This document shows, in pieces, positions 34,839 through 47,950 of a DNA stretch of 64,000 bases (positions are counted from its first letter, which is position 1; each line of letters opens with the position of its first letter). A program made the translations under genes and the position numbers. A model generated the notes under the pieces. That model was given only the letters and a program-made list of their open reading frames with translations. It had not been told where the DNA came from and searched no databases. This DNA comes from Mustelus asterias (lineage: Eukaryota): NCBI RefSeq assembly GCF_964213995.1, contig NW_027590117.1, positions 4,898,001-4,962,000 of the forward strand, written 5' to 3'.

Positions 34839-36029
34839 ACGCTGGAAATCTGAAATGAAACAGAAAAGAAAGCTCAGCAGATTGTGCAGCATCTGTCTAC
34901 AGAGAGAAACAGAGTTAGTTTTTCAGGTCTGTGACCTTTCATCAGAACTTGGAAACATTGAAACTCGGAACAGGAGTCGGCCATTCAGCCCTTTGAGCCT
35001 GTTCCATCATTCAATGTGATCATATCTGATCCTATATCGCAATTCCATATTCTCAGCTTTTCCCAATACCCCTTGATGCCATTAAAATCTAAAAATTTCT
35101 CTCTCTCCTCCTTGAATATATGCAGTGACTTGGTCGCCACAGCTTCTGAGGTAGAGAATTCCACAGGTTCACCACCCTCTAAGTGAAGAAATCTCTCCTC
35201 ATCTCATTTCTAAATGGTGTACTCCATATCCTAAGACTGTGTCCCCTTGTTCTACATTCCCCAACCAAGGAAAACATCCTTCCTGCAGCTAGTCTGTCCA
35301 GCCCTGTTAGAATTGTATATTTTTCAATCAGATCTCCTCTCATCCTGTCCTTTCTGTTTTTCACACCAAAGTGTATAACTTCATATTTAGCCGCATTGTG
35401 CTGCATCTACCATGTGCTTGTTCACTCACTCAACTTGTCTAAATCACCTTGAAGCCTCCTTACATCATCCTCACAACTCACAATTCCGCCCAGTTTTGTG
35501 TTGTCAGCAAACGTGGAAATGTTACGTTTGGTTCCCTCATCCAGATCGGGATGGGATTAGAATAGATAGGTGCTGATGGCCGGTGCATACACGAGGGGCC
35601 GAATGGCCTCTTTCTGTGCTGTAAAATTCTCTGACTCTATGACTTCTTAAAGAAGTCATTCATTGACTGTCCTTTGGGAACTCCAGAGATGATGATTGGT
35701 TCGATAGAAATGAAAATCTTTTGTCTTTTCTCTGGTGTCTTACACTTTGCTCCTTGCTTCCTGACTGGAATCTCCAAACTGGGGGAATTGTGGATCCTGG
35801 TGACATTACCCTGTTGGGGATGAAGGTATTGTCACAGAGTCCTGTGTTGTCAATGTACCGACCCGTTACCACAGTTACCCAGTTTCACTGGATGCTGACA
35901 GAATGTTTACCATTGATTTTGTGTTCTACCTGCCAGCTGTTCAGATGGATACAGATGCTGTGAGTGAGCATTGTCCCCATCCCACTTACAGCAATGACAG
36001 TGACAATCTGCATCATTTCCAGTTAGGGC

Positions 36030-36640
36030 TAGAGTCATAGTCATACAGTCACAGACATTCACAGCTGTAAACAGGCCCTTCAGCCCAACTAATCCGTGTC
36101 GTCCAGTTTTTACCAATAAGCTATTCCCAATTGCCTGCGTTTGGCCCATATCCCTCTATACCAATCTTACCCATGCAACTATCGAAATGCTTTTTAAAAG
36201 ACAAAATTGTAACCGCTTCTACTACTACCTCTGGCAGCTCGTTACAGACACTCACCACCCTCTGTGTGAAAAAATTGCCCCTCTGGACCCTTTTGTGTTT
36301 CTCCCCTCTCACCTTAAACCTGTGTCCCCCACTTTTAGACTCCCCTAACTTTGGGAAAAGATGTTGACTATCTTCCTCATCTGTGGTCCTCATTATTTTA
36401 TAACCTCTATAAGATCATCCCTAAGACTCCTACGCTCCAGACAAAAAGTCCCAGACTATTCATCCTCTCCTTATAACTCAAACCATCAAGTCCCGGTAGC
36501 ATCATAGTAAATCTTTTCTGCAGTCTTTCTCATTTAATAATATCCTTTCTATAACAGTGTGACCAGAACTGTACACAGTATTCCTAGCGGGGCCTTACCA
36601 ATGTCTTGTACAACTTCAACATGACATCCCAACTCCTATG
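36030..36640 (-). mobile_element. CR1 LINE 3' fragment
   Basis: GHRFKVRGE and NFFTQRVV motifs; same family as 18322-19535. Confidence 0.75.
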
Positions 36641-36837
36641 TGAGGATAAATGGACCAATACATTCCATTGCCATTCCTGCAGTTAATAATGAAGTGAAAA
36701 AGCCGGTGTTTAATGAAATGCCCCAGGGGGAAATCTGCTCGAATGTAACAACTCCGCAAAATCCTTAATTATTGTTGTTTCTGTTCAACCAGCCCCGAGA
36801 AGCTTGGAAGATGGAAGTTCCCGACTGGTCTGAAGTT

Positions 36838-37160
36838 CATAGAAACCCTACAGTGCAGAAGGAGGCTATTCGGCCCATCGAGTCTGCACCGACCACAATC
36901 CCACCCAGGCCCTACCCCCACATATTTACCCGCTAATCCCTCTAACCTACGCATCTCAGGACACTAAGGGGCAATTTTTAACCTGGCCAATCAACCTAAC
37001 CTGCACATCTTTGGACTGTGGGAGGAAAGCGGAGCACCCGGAGAAAATCCACGCAGAGAATGTGCAAACTCCACACAGACAGTGACCCGAGCCGGGAATC
37101 GAACCTGGGACCCTGGAGCTGTGAAGCAGCAGTGCTAACCACTGTGCTACCGTGCTGTCC
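36838..37160 (-). mobile_element. HE1-type V-SINE, full length
   Basis: Near-identical to 6101-6440; short AGTT repeat at the flanks. Confidence 0.9.
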
Positions 37161-37960
37161 TAGTTGGAGATGGAGATGAGGAGGAGCCAAATCTCAACAA
37201 CTTGCTGGCAGACATCAAAAGTCATCTGCTTTGGAGCAAGGAGACCCTCAAACAGGCCATTCAGAGCAGCCAAGACCCTGGTACATCACCGCTGCTGGAG
37301 AACAGAGAAGGTGTGAGGCAAGGCAGGATGCTCGAGTGGTCAAAGATGGGACCTCAATCATTGGTGGAGTCTCTTACTCCAGTTCTGACTCCTTCTGACA
37401 TTGATGGACGGTTTGAAGTGGAGGAAATTAGTCAGGATGGAAGTGGTGACGAGATTTACAGTCACTCCCTCAGCTTAGAGACCATTTTTAAGACAATCTC
37501 TGCAGCATTTCCACTCTGGGTTGGATGTCAGATTAGCTCACCAGACGGAAGGAAGACTAGAGCTAGATGAGGCCATTCAGCCCCAATACTTTCTCAAATG
37601 CTCCGCTATGCAGTTCAAAACCTGGAAGGCCGGGATTCAAGCCACGTTACACAGGCGACTGGGAAAAGCACCATCGGATTAATCAGACCACTGGCCCAGA
37701 CTGGAAAGACTAAAAGTTCAGCAGAGAGACGTCAACATGAATTTTCATTTTTAATGTTTCTTCTTTCCTCTCAACAATTTATTGTGTTTGTATAATTATC
37801 TTAAATGTTTCACATTAAAACAAATACTCAGAATATTTAGCATTGCCGGAGAAGTGTAACCGGGAAAGTGCCCTGTCCATTCAGTTTGGGGAACACTTCC
37901 TGACAGAGGAAGATTGGGACATGACAGCTTCTCCCTATCAGCTCCTTCCAATTCCCTCCA

Positions 37961-38092
37961 CATGATCAGAACAGACACACAAACACAGTTGGATTAGTCT
38001 GACCCGCCCGCTCCTTTCATACACTCTCTCTTCCACAATATTCACACCCACACATTCACAGGACAAAACTTTTACCAACTGTAAGGTCCCAG
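37961..38092 (-). repeat. inverted copy of H1 upstream segment 40112-40243
   Basis: Reverse complement matches CTGGGACCTTACAGTTGG...TGTGTTTGTGTGTCTGTTCTGATCATG with few mismatches. Confidence 0.9.
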
Positions 38093-39046
38093 CACAGAAT
38101 TTTTTACTCCTTTCACAATTCTGAACACTTCTATCAAATCTCCTCTCAACCTTCTCTTCGTCAAAGAGAACAGACCCAAATTCTCAATCTACCGATGTAA
38201 CTGAACTTCCTCATCCCTGGACCCATGCCCAGAGATTTATTGCACCCTCTCCAATGCCTTCACATCCTTTCCAACGACTGCTGTCCAGATCAGAGTCAAA
38301 TACTCCAACTGAGGCCAAACCAGTGTTTTATACAGGTTTCCCATAACCTGCTTGCTCTTGTACTCTATGTCCCTACGTATAAAGCTCACAAAACCAAATA
38401 CTTTATTAACCATGCTCTCAACCTGCCACTCAAACAGCAATTATTAGTGTCACATTTAACTGCAGGCCCCTTGTTCCTGCATGCTTTTACAATTGTATCA
38501 TTACTTTTATATTGTCTCAACCTTTTCTTCCCAATGAAATAAATCATTTCACACTTCTCTGCTTTAAATTGGTCTTGTTTGACCAATCCACAAGCTGTAT
38601 CAGGAACTTTGAGCTTCAGCAGTACCCCCTCACTGTTCACAATGCTGCCATGTATTGTATAATTACCACAGTTTGAATGTGTGCTCTGGACAGCATTGCC
38701 GATGTCCAAAGCCTTAACCACTCAGTCATTGCAGCTGCACATGTGTCAGAATGATTGAACCACCCCAATAACGTTCATATTAACTTCATCAGGTACCAGG
38801 ATTGTGCAGAGCACAGTGTGTGAGCTGTAATTTTATCTTTGTCTCTGATGGAGAACTCATTTATTAGGTCAGAGATTTGGTTTTCTATTTCAATAATTTT
38901 TCATTTGAAACGAATTACGTCCGAAGAAAAAAATGAAACTTTTTATTATTTTATTTCATTCCTGTCAAATGTTGCGTTCGTACTGTTTTTGTCCACTCGG
39001 TTTAAAACACAAGAAACCGTGGACAAGGTTCTACATAAACTATCAA

Positions 39047-39118
39047 TGTGATAGCCGGGAATCGAACTCGGGTCAATTGTTTGGAAGGTAGCTGTGCTCA
39101 CCACTATACCACCATCAC
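39047..39118 (-). pseudogene. tRNA-Gly(TCC) pseudogene
   Basis: GTGATGGTGGTATAGTGGTGAGCACAGCTACCTTCCAAACAATTGACCCGAGTTCGATTCCCGGCTATCACA; anticodon stem broken. Confidence 0.8.
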
Positions 39119-40216
39119 TCAATCTGCTCAAACAGCCCTTCTTTTCAATAGTTATAATTAGGAACTACCTTCGCTGCTGATTTCATCAGACACTTGGTGT
39201 ATCCATGGCACAGTTTGTAAACTGAACTTGGCTTTTCTCGTTTTTCTGGACAGTTTCAGCCACCTTTTTACTATTGTTTCTGACTGAGAACTCATTGATT
39301 AGTTTTGAGGCCTGTTCTTTCATTTTAACAAAGTTTCCACAAAGTAAATTGAAGCTGGATTTTCCATTAGAACCACAGTGATGGTGAGAATCTTTAGTGA
39401 ATTTTATTTTAGGAGTGCCCACCTGCTGTTGTGACCTGCGATTGTTAATTAAATAAATCATCACTGTGATGGTCAGGAACTGACTCTTGGTCAAATGCTC
39501 GCACAGTCACTACTCCACCACCATCGCTCACCTGGCTCTTCCACCCCTTCTGTAACAAAGTTCAGCTTTGACAGTGAATCTGGTTTCCTCAGGCCCAATC
39601 GGAGGATGGTCGGAAACTGTCCATCACTATCAGAAACTTCACTTTCAGCGAGTGGGGGATGATTATTTAACTGGCTGTCACTGGTTGTTGAGGTTGTGAT
39701 TTACTGTTACCTGTCAGTGCAGAAGAAACAAATAAAACAGGAAATCTAGAGACTCCGAGAGCAAATAATTTGTATTTTCACCCGAAAGACACAATGATGT
39801 CTGCAATCACTATAATAACTGAAACCCCCCCAGATATTATTAGCTCTGGCCACGGAATCTGGTAAACAGATGTGGTCCCACACCACATGAACTGCAGCGG
39901 TTCCAGAAGGCAGCTCATCACCACCTTCCCAAGGGCAATTAGGGATGGGCAATAAATGCTGACCCAGACAGCGACACTCACATTCCATGAATGAATTCAA
40001 AGGCAATCTGCAGGGAGCGGGCTTCAGAGTGTTTAACAGTTACTGAGATGAAAAACTATAACTAACCCCCTGGAATCCGGAGCAAAGGCCGGAAGGAGGA
40101 GAAATTCCGTCCTGGGACCTTACAGTTGGTGAAAGTTTTGTCCTGTGAATGTGTAGATGTGAATATTGTGTAAGAGAGAGTGTATGAAAGGAGCGGGCGG
40201 GTCAGACTAATCCAAC

Positions 40217-40577
40217 TGTGTTTGTGTGTCTGTTCTGATCATGAGATCTCCGAGTCTCTCTTGTGTAAAATAAAACGATTTTCAATCAAAGATTCCCCCC
40301 AATCCCCCTGCTGAGCCCCAAAGTTAGATTTCAAGTCAATTGTTTCGCTAAATTGAAGAATTCAGTGGAAAAGTAGAGAACATGTCAGCTATCGCGTGTG
40401 AGAGCGCGATCAGTGCAGCAGTAAAACGGGTTTCAGTGGAAAATGGAGTCCTCAGTTCGAGTGAAACCTTTTCAACAGCAAACATTCGTGTGTCAGAGAC
40501 ATGAAGGATGTGAGCTGGATCTCTGGAGAGGCGGAATTTCATTGCAATGGGAGAGTTTGTGAGGAGAGAGAAACACA
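40217..40577 (+). promoter_or_regulatory. H1 promoter TG box (TGTGTTT, 40217-40223) and H1/AC box (AAACACA, 40571-40577)
   Basis: Both H1-specific motifs lie upstream of the H1 ATG, 354 bp apart start-to-start. Confidence 0.6.
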
Positions 40578-40721
40578 GAGAGGCTGGAGGAGCCGGGAGC
40601 TGACAGCAGCTTGTCTCTGCTCCGTCCGCTCTCTGCCTTTAAGTTGCTCTGTGCCGCCACCACTGGGTTCATTTCGGATCCAGTTCTGACTCTCACACAG
40701 ATTTTCCACACACTCTCGGAT

Positions 40722-41372
40722 ATGACTGAAACTGCAGCCGCCGAAACGGCTCCTCCAGCCGCTCCCGCTCAAGTGAAGTCTCCCAGGAAGAAGAAGGCGG
40801 CTCCCCGACCTGCGGCAGCCGGTCCCAAGTTAGGCGAGCAGATCCTCAATGTTGTGGCGGGATGCAGCGATCGCAAGGGGATGTCCCTGGCCGCGATAAA
40901 GAAAGCTTTGGCTGGCAGCGGAGTGGATGTGGGGAAGCGCGGCTCCCAGATCAGGTTAACGATCAAGAGGAAGGTGGAGACAGGGTCTCTGGTGCAGATA
41001 AAGGGACAGGGCGCCTCCGGCTCCTTCAAACTCGCTAAGAAGGAAAGCCCGGGGAAAATGGGAAAGAAGGTGAAGACACCAACAGCCAAGAAATCTTTAG
41101 TAAAGAAAACAGCGGCCAAGAAGCTGACAACAAAGAAAGCAGCAGCCAAGAAACCCGCAGCAAAGAAAACTCCAGTGAAGAAATCAACAGTGAAGAAAAC
41201 AAGCAGCAAGAAGGCGGCAACTCCAAAAAAGGCGGTGAAGAAAGCAGCCCTGAAGAAAAAGTCTCCTGTGAAGAAGGTGACGGGCGGAAAGTCTGTCAAA
41301 AAAGTGACTAAATCCAAGGCCAAACCCAAAGTGAAAGCAGCAAAAGCGAAGAAAGCGCCAGGAAAGAAGTGA
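40722..41372 (+). CDS. H1: histone H1 (216 aa)
   Basis: MTETAAAETAPP N-terminus, globular domain ending GQGASGSFKL, K/A/P-rich tail with SPxK/TPKK motifs; stem-loop follows. Confidence 0.95.
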   Translation: MTETAAAETAPPAAPAQVKSPRKKKAAPRPAAAGPKLGEQILNVVAGCSDRKGMSLAAIKKALAGSGVDVGKRGSQIRLTIKRKVETGSLVQIKGQGASGSFKLAKKESPGKMGKKVKTPTAKKSLVKKTAAKKLTTKKAAAKKPAAKKTPVKKSTVKKTSSKKAATPKKAVKKAALKKKSPVKKVTGGKSVKKVTKSKAKPKVKAAKAKKAPGKK

Positions 41373-41408
41373 AACAACCCGAGCAAATTGTAAACCTCTG
41401 AACCCAAA

Positions 41409-41424
41409 GGCTCTTCTCAGCGCC
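41409..41424 (+). promoter_or_regulatory. histone 3' stem-loop variant (GGCTCTTCTCAGCGCC)
   Basis: Flanked by CCCAAA and ACCCA with HDE GAAAGAGCTG; T-C mismatch at stem pair 4. Confidence 0.85.
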
Positions 41425-42246
41425 ACCCACATCTCTCAGGAAAGAGCTGATCCCGCAAGAAAATGATTCCTGTCCCGCGGCTCGGCTCATTCTCAATAGA
41501 GATCATTTCAAATTCAGACTAAAGCAAAACACAGCAGAGGCTGAATTTCATTTGAATTTCACATTTGTTCAATCGCCACTTTCTCTCATAATAAAGATGT
41601 CTGGTAGATTCAGTGTGAGACAGTAACACTGGCGGCTAAATACCGCTTTCCAACTTCAATTTTAACACAGGAGATTTCCCCAAACAGCTGCAATAAGGTA
41701 TTTGTAAACAGCTGGAAGCGGATGTGGGTGAGGATGTTCCTGAGGGAGATTCTTCCTCGATTCTTGCTGTGTTTAAGTCGGAATATTACTGACTGGGAAT
41801 CATAACGGGGCCAGGTTTTAAACACAAAAGCAAAAAGTCACGAACCGACTCGTTAACTCCCTCTTCACAAAAGCTGCGGGAGCTGCTGATTATTTGCAGC
41901 ATTTTCTGTTTTGATTCCATATTTCAAAGCTCCAGGTTTGTGGAAACTCTTGACTGTGAAGGGCGGCTCTCGAAGGGTTTGTGTGGGGAGCTGTGTTTCG
42001 CTTCCATTGTTATTAAACGGGTTGAAATTGGCGGTTGCAGAAACTGGAGGTGGAGCTGAAAGATCAGGGGCCGTTCTGTGTGTGTGTGTCAGTCCGGCTC
42101 TCTCCTCCCTCCCGCTCTGTGTTTAATCTTCACTCTGTCTCCTCCCCTCTCTGCTCTCACTCCGCCTTTCTCAGTCAGGTCGGTGCGGGCTGTATGAAAG
42201 GAGCCTGAAAGAGTTCCTCTCTCATATTGTGCAGTGATCTGAGTGA

Positions 42247-42567
<321 letters not shown>

Positions 42568-43796
42568 ACAACTCGATCCTTTCTCCCGAACACACAACAA
42601 AGGCTCTTTTAAGAGCCACTCACCGCTTCACAGAGAGAGCAGTGACCTGGGAACGGCAGCTGGGACAGGCTGTTCAGTGTTTGAGATGCATGTTTGTTTT
42701 GTTTAGGTTACAGTGCGGGAATCACCGAATTTAACATTTCATTTGGAGCGGCGATGGGAATTGTTTTTGAAATTTTTAAGTGGATTGTCTGAGCAGCCCC
42801 CAGTTGACGTGTGCCCTCAGTGAAACGCCACATCACTCCTGTTTAATCACTCAGTGTTTGGATCGAGTTTATAAAAGCTTTCTCTGGAATAGCGGAGTTT
42901 AGTAGCAGCAGCCGGTGAATCGTTCACTGGGACCAGTCCCAGTTGTGATGCTATTTGACCCCAGACGGTTGTTTCCTGCACTGAAACTGACAGGCTTTGT
43001 GAAACTGATCAGTTTCCGCTCAGTCATTCACAAAACCGCAATTCCCGCAGTTTGAGCCGCTCCAACCCCAGCCTGCTTCTGATTGGCCATCCTCTCCGCA
43101 TTCGCAGCTCTGAACCAATCGCAGAGCACCGAATGTGAACATTGAGCCAATCATTGGCTTCAACTGTCAACCGGCAGAAATTTTGAATTGGGGGAAATGC
43201 CGCCAATTTCAGCGCGGGAAAGGGAATTGAGACAAATTCTTAACTTATTAAAAATAGATTCTCAATTAATATTCTGCTGTAAGATTATTTTACAAAGAGG
43301 TTTCATTTCTGAACATTTGTCCGCCACGGGCGGCAAACGGCTCTATTCAGTAATGTCAAACGGGACAAATATGAAGTCACTCTCTGTAACAAACAACAGA
43401 CTCAACCCCTTTCACACCGGCGTCAGGGAGACACAGAGAAGGATTTCTGATCCTGTCCCCCGGAAACGGCGGCGAATGTTACAAGCGGCAGGAGAGGGGA
43501 AATCTGAATGGGCTGGTGAGGAAAGGGACAGGGATCGAGTGGAACAGCGGGAGATTCTGGGAATGAACAGCCCAGAGAGCGGGAAAAGGGTCTAAAGCAC
43601 TAAGTGCAGGGAGATAGACTTCAAATCTTCAATATTTCGAGTAATGTTTGTTTTAATAAGGACGGGATAAAGTCTTTTATACAGACGGCTATTTCCTGCA
43701 TCGAAAACGGCCCAATTTCTGAAAGGCGCGGTTAACAAAACAACTGAACTAATCAGAACCTGAGTTACAGACATTAATTCCCCGGTCAGAGTTTGA

Positions 43797-44330
<534 letters not shown>

Positions 44331-45108
44331 ACCCCGACTTCAGCATCAAGTCCAACAACGGCTCTTTTAAGAGCCACCAAATCGGCAAATGAAAGAGCTG
44401 CGATCTCCTGTTAACGATTCTAGTGTTTGAATTCCCAGGACAGAATATTCCCAGGACTCCAGTACCGAAACCTCTCCATGCTAACAATTAACTCTCCGTT
44501 GCATTGAGGTCACTCATATCTCCAATCCTTTGATGGTTAGAGTAAAAGCGATGCCGTTAACAGTTCTACCGCAATTCAATTTTAAAGTGGTTTTATTAAA
44601 CCTGCGATCATTTCAGTTTCCGAGCAATAATTCCGCAAATCCACTTTCTTCGCACATGTTTCGAGTCGCAGCGAGTGTTGAAAATTGCGTCAATTAGGTT
44701 CAGAATATGAAGCATATCTCAAACAGTAACCCACTCACACCGATATAGCCATTGCAGAAACGCTTGCACATTCGCATAGACAATAATTAACACTTTTCCA
44801 GATAGTGACTGACTTTGAAAACCGATGGGCTGCAGATGAATGTCCTCGCAGATTATCACATTTTAAAGCAATTATATTTGAAATAGGATCATTTATGTTC
44901 ACTGGGATAGTTTCCCCAATAAACAGCAGCGACTTGCATTAAAATACTGTATGTGTCAATAGTACAGATTGATAGAACAAAGCGGGAAACAGCTGTGCTA
45001 TGAATAGCAGTGCAGAAACTGACCGATAGACACCAGGTCGCCCTTTTTCAGATAAAGTGAGTGGCTCTGAAAAGAGCCTTTGGGTTATCAGATTAAAGAA
45101 TGGTCGCT

Positions 45109-45558
<450 letters not shown>

Positions 45559-46574
45559 TTATAAACTGACAGCTCCTCTGATTGGCCGCTGCTCTATTCA
45601 CCTCATTTGCCTATATTCTTCACCAATCAGCTCACTGGAAACAGAAGAGGGCGGGATTTCCCCACAACAACCGGCAGAAGCAGAGAATTTGTCCATTTCC
45701 AAAAGCCCGCCAATTTCATTGTGGGAAAGGAGCGAATTCAAATCAATGTCGCCCTCAGTCAGAGATTTCAAATCCCTTCTATTGATTTGCTTTTATTCAG
45801 CTCTTCCCGTTACCAATCGCAGGCGCGGCTTTCACATTTTCTTTCAATGTGCTTCATTCTCCTATCGCTTTCTAACTGTCCCGGGCGGGAATCAATCCCT
45901 GTTCACAGCATTCCCAGAAGGAAAACACTCCGTTTCGTCTTCAATCAGAACCCACTCTCCTTCACAGAAAACAGGGAGCCGGATCGAGTCCGCACACTGT
46001 CCTTATTCCGCTCTGTAATAATCCCACTCCGGAAATTTACCCTGCGGAGAATTACTGTGAATAAAATGATGAATCAATGAACATTTCAGGAATTGAGGGA
46101 AGGGACCGTTACCGCGAAAAATAGCCGCTAATGAGGTCATTTAGGAGCTGTGAAAATAACAGAATAATAACAGTTTTCAGCACAAAGCGAAGGCAGTGAG
46201 TGAATTCTGGGTCAGTGTTTGGTTTACAGGACAGGAGACACAAACAGCAGTCGAAGTTATTCCATTTTACATTCTAACCATCGAATAGGAAGGTGCCGGA
46301 TACAGCTTTTCACAGAGACTGACGATTAGATTTCCTCACCCAAATGTTATTGGAATGATGATCAAATAGGATTCGGGAAAGATTTTTCCCTCCATCCTTT
46401 CCATTCTCTGGATTTACACCGGCTGAAAGAACAACGAGAAAAGTTCATAGTGACAGAAACAGATTATCCTTGGGAACACATTTAGTTTGAAACGTCCTTG
46501 TGATGTAGTAGAGCAGAGTGGTTATGTTTGTGGCGAGATGCAGGAAACTGCAGACAAACAGAGGGCCGTGTTTT

Positions 46575-46935
46575 TTTTAAATTCATTTGTGGGACATGGG
46601 CATCGCTGACTGGCCAGCATTTAATGCACATCCTGAGTTGCCCTTGTTCAGAGGACAGTTGAGAGTCAACCACAGTGCTGTGGCTCTGGAGTCACATGAC
46701 GGCCATACCGGGTAAGGACGGCAGATTTTCTCCCGAAAGGAAGTGAACCAGATAGGATTTTCTGACAATCGACAATAGCTTCACGGTCATCAGTAGATTC
46801 TTAATTCCAGATATTTTTTGATCAAATTTAAATTCCATCAACTGCCGTGGCAGGATTCGAACCCGGGTCCCCAGAACATAAGCTGAGTTTCTGAATTAAT
46901 AGCACAGTGATAATACCACTCGGCCATCACCTCCC
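46575..46935 (-). mobile_element. tRNA-derived SINE (Deu/SacSINE-like family)
   Basis: Antisense tRNA head GGATTCGAACCCGGGTC...TAATACCACT at ~46850-46925; related fragments at ~12450, ~16050 and ~39900. Confidence 0.55.
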
Positions 46936-47260
46936 CCAGTGTCCAGACATCATTAACTGGTAGGTGAAGTAATAAAGCTAATAGTCTATGAAGGATTGGA
47001 ATTTGTGTTACAGTTGCAGAAAACTCTGTTCAGACCCCATTTAGATCACTGTGTTCATCCCAGGAAGATTAGATTGGCCTTGGAGTGGGAGCAGCAGAAT
47101 TTCACCAGTGATGCCAGACTCAAATGATGAGGACAGATTGCAAAGACTAGTCCTGTAATAACCTGAACATGGAAGACTAAGTGGTGATGTGAGTGAGATG
47201 TTTACAGTGAATGATTTGATAGGGTGCAGAGAGATAAACTGTTAGAATGAAGACAGATGG

Positions 47261-47950
47261 GTGACAGTGAGAGGGGCTGGGAGAAAGCAGTCCGTGCAGG
47301 GATCCCCGGTGGTCGTTCCCCTTAGCAACAAGTATTCCGCTTTGGATACGGTTGAGGGGGATGACATACCAGTGGTGAGCCGCAGTGAGAGGATCTCCAG
47401 CACTGTGTCCGTCTCTGTGGCTCGGGAGGGTAAGGGGCAGAGCAGGAGGGCAATAGTAATTGGGGACTCGTTAGTTAGAGGGATAGATAGGAGGTTCTGT
47501 GGCAGCAAAAGAGACTCACGGATGGTATGTTGCCTACCGGATGCCAAGGTCCGTGACGTCTCAGACCGTGTTTTCCGGATCCTGAAGGGGGAGGGGAAAC
47601 AGTCACAAGTCGTGGTACACATTGGTACCAATGACATAGGTAAGAGAAGGGACGGGGATTTAAAGCAGGAATTTCTGGAGCTGGGCTGGAAGCTGAGAAC
47701 CAAGACAAAACATGTGGTCATCTCTGGTACGTTGCCACGTGATAGCGAGTTGAGGAACAGGGAGAGAGTGCAGTTAAACATGTGGTTGCAGGGATGGTGT
47801 AGGAGGGAGGGTTTCAGATACGTGGATAATTGGAACACATTCTGGGGAAGGTGGGACCTGTACAAACAGGACAGGGTGCACCTGAACCAGAGGGGCACCA
47901 ATGTCCTGGGAGGGAAATTTGTTACGGCTCTTCAGGGGGTTTTAAACTAA
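47261..47950 (+). CDS. CR1 ORF1 C-terminal SGNH/GDSL esterase domain
   Basis: VIGDSLVRG, CCLPDAKV, VHIGTND, DRVHLN motifs. Confidence 0.85.
   Translation: MTVRGAGRKQSVQGSPVVVPLSNKYSALDTVEGDDIPVVSRSERISSTVSVSVAREGKGQSRRAIVIGDSLVRGIDRRFCGSKRDSRMVCCLPDAKVRDVSDRVFRILKGEGKQSQVVVHIGTNDIGKRRDGDLKQEFLELGWKLRTKTKHVVISGTLPRDSELRNRERVQLNMWLQGWCRREGFRYVDNWNTFWGRWDLYKQDRVHLNQRGTNVLGGKFVTALQGVLN

Noticed and set aside
40611-40721. N-terminal extensions of histone ORFs in the ORF track (H1, H2A, H2B, H3)
   Set aside because: They start at non-ATG codons in the promoter or 5' UTR; the canonical ATGs lie downstream.
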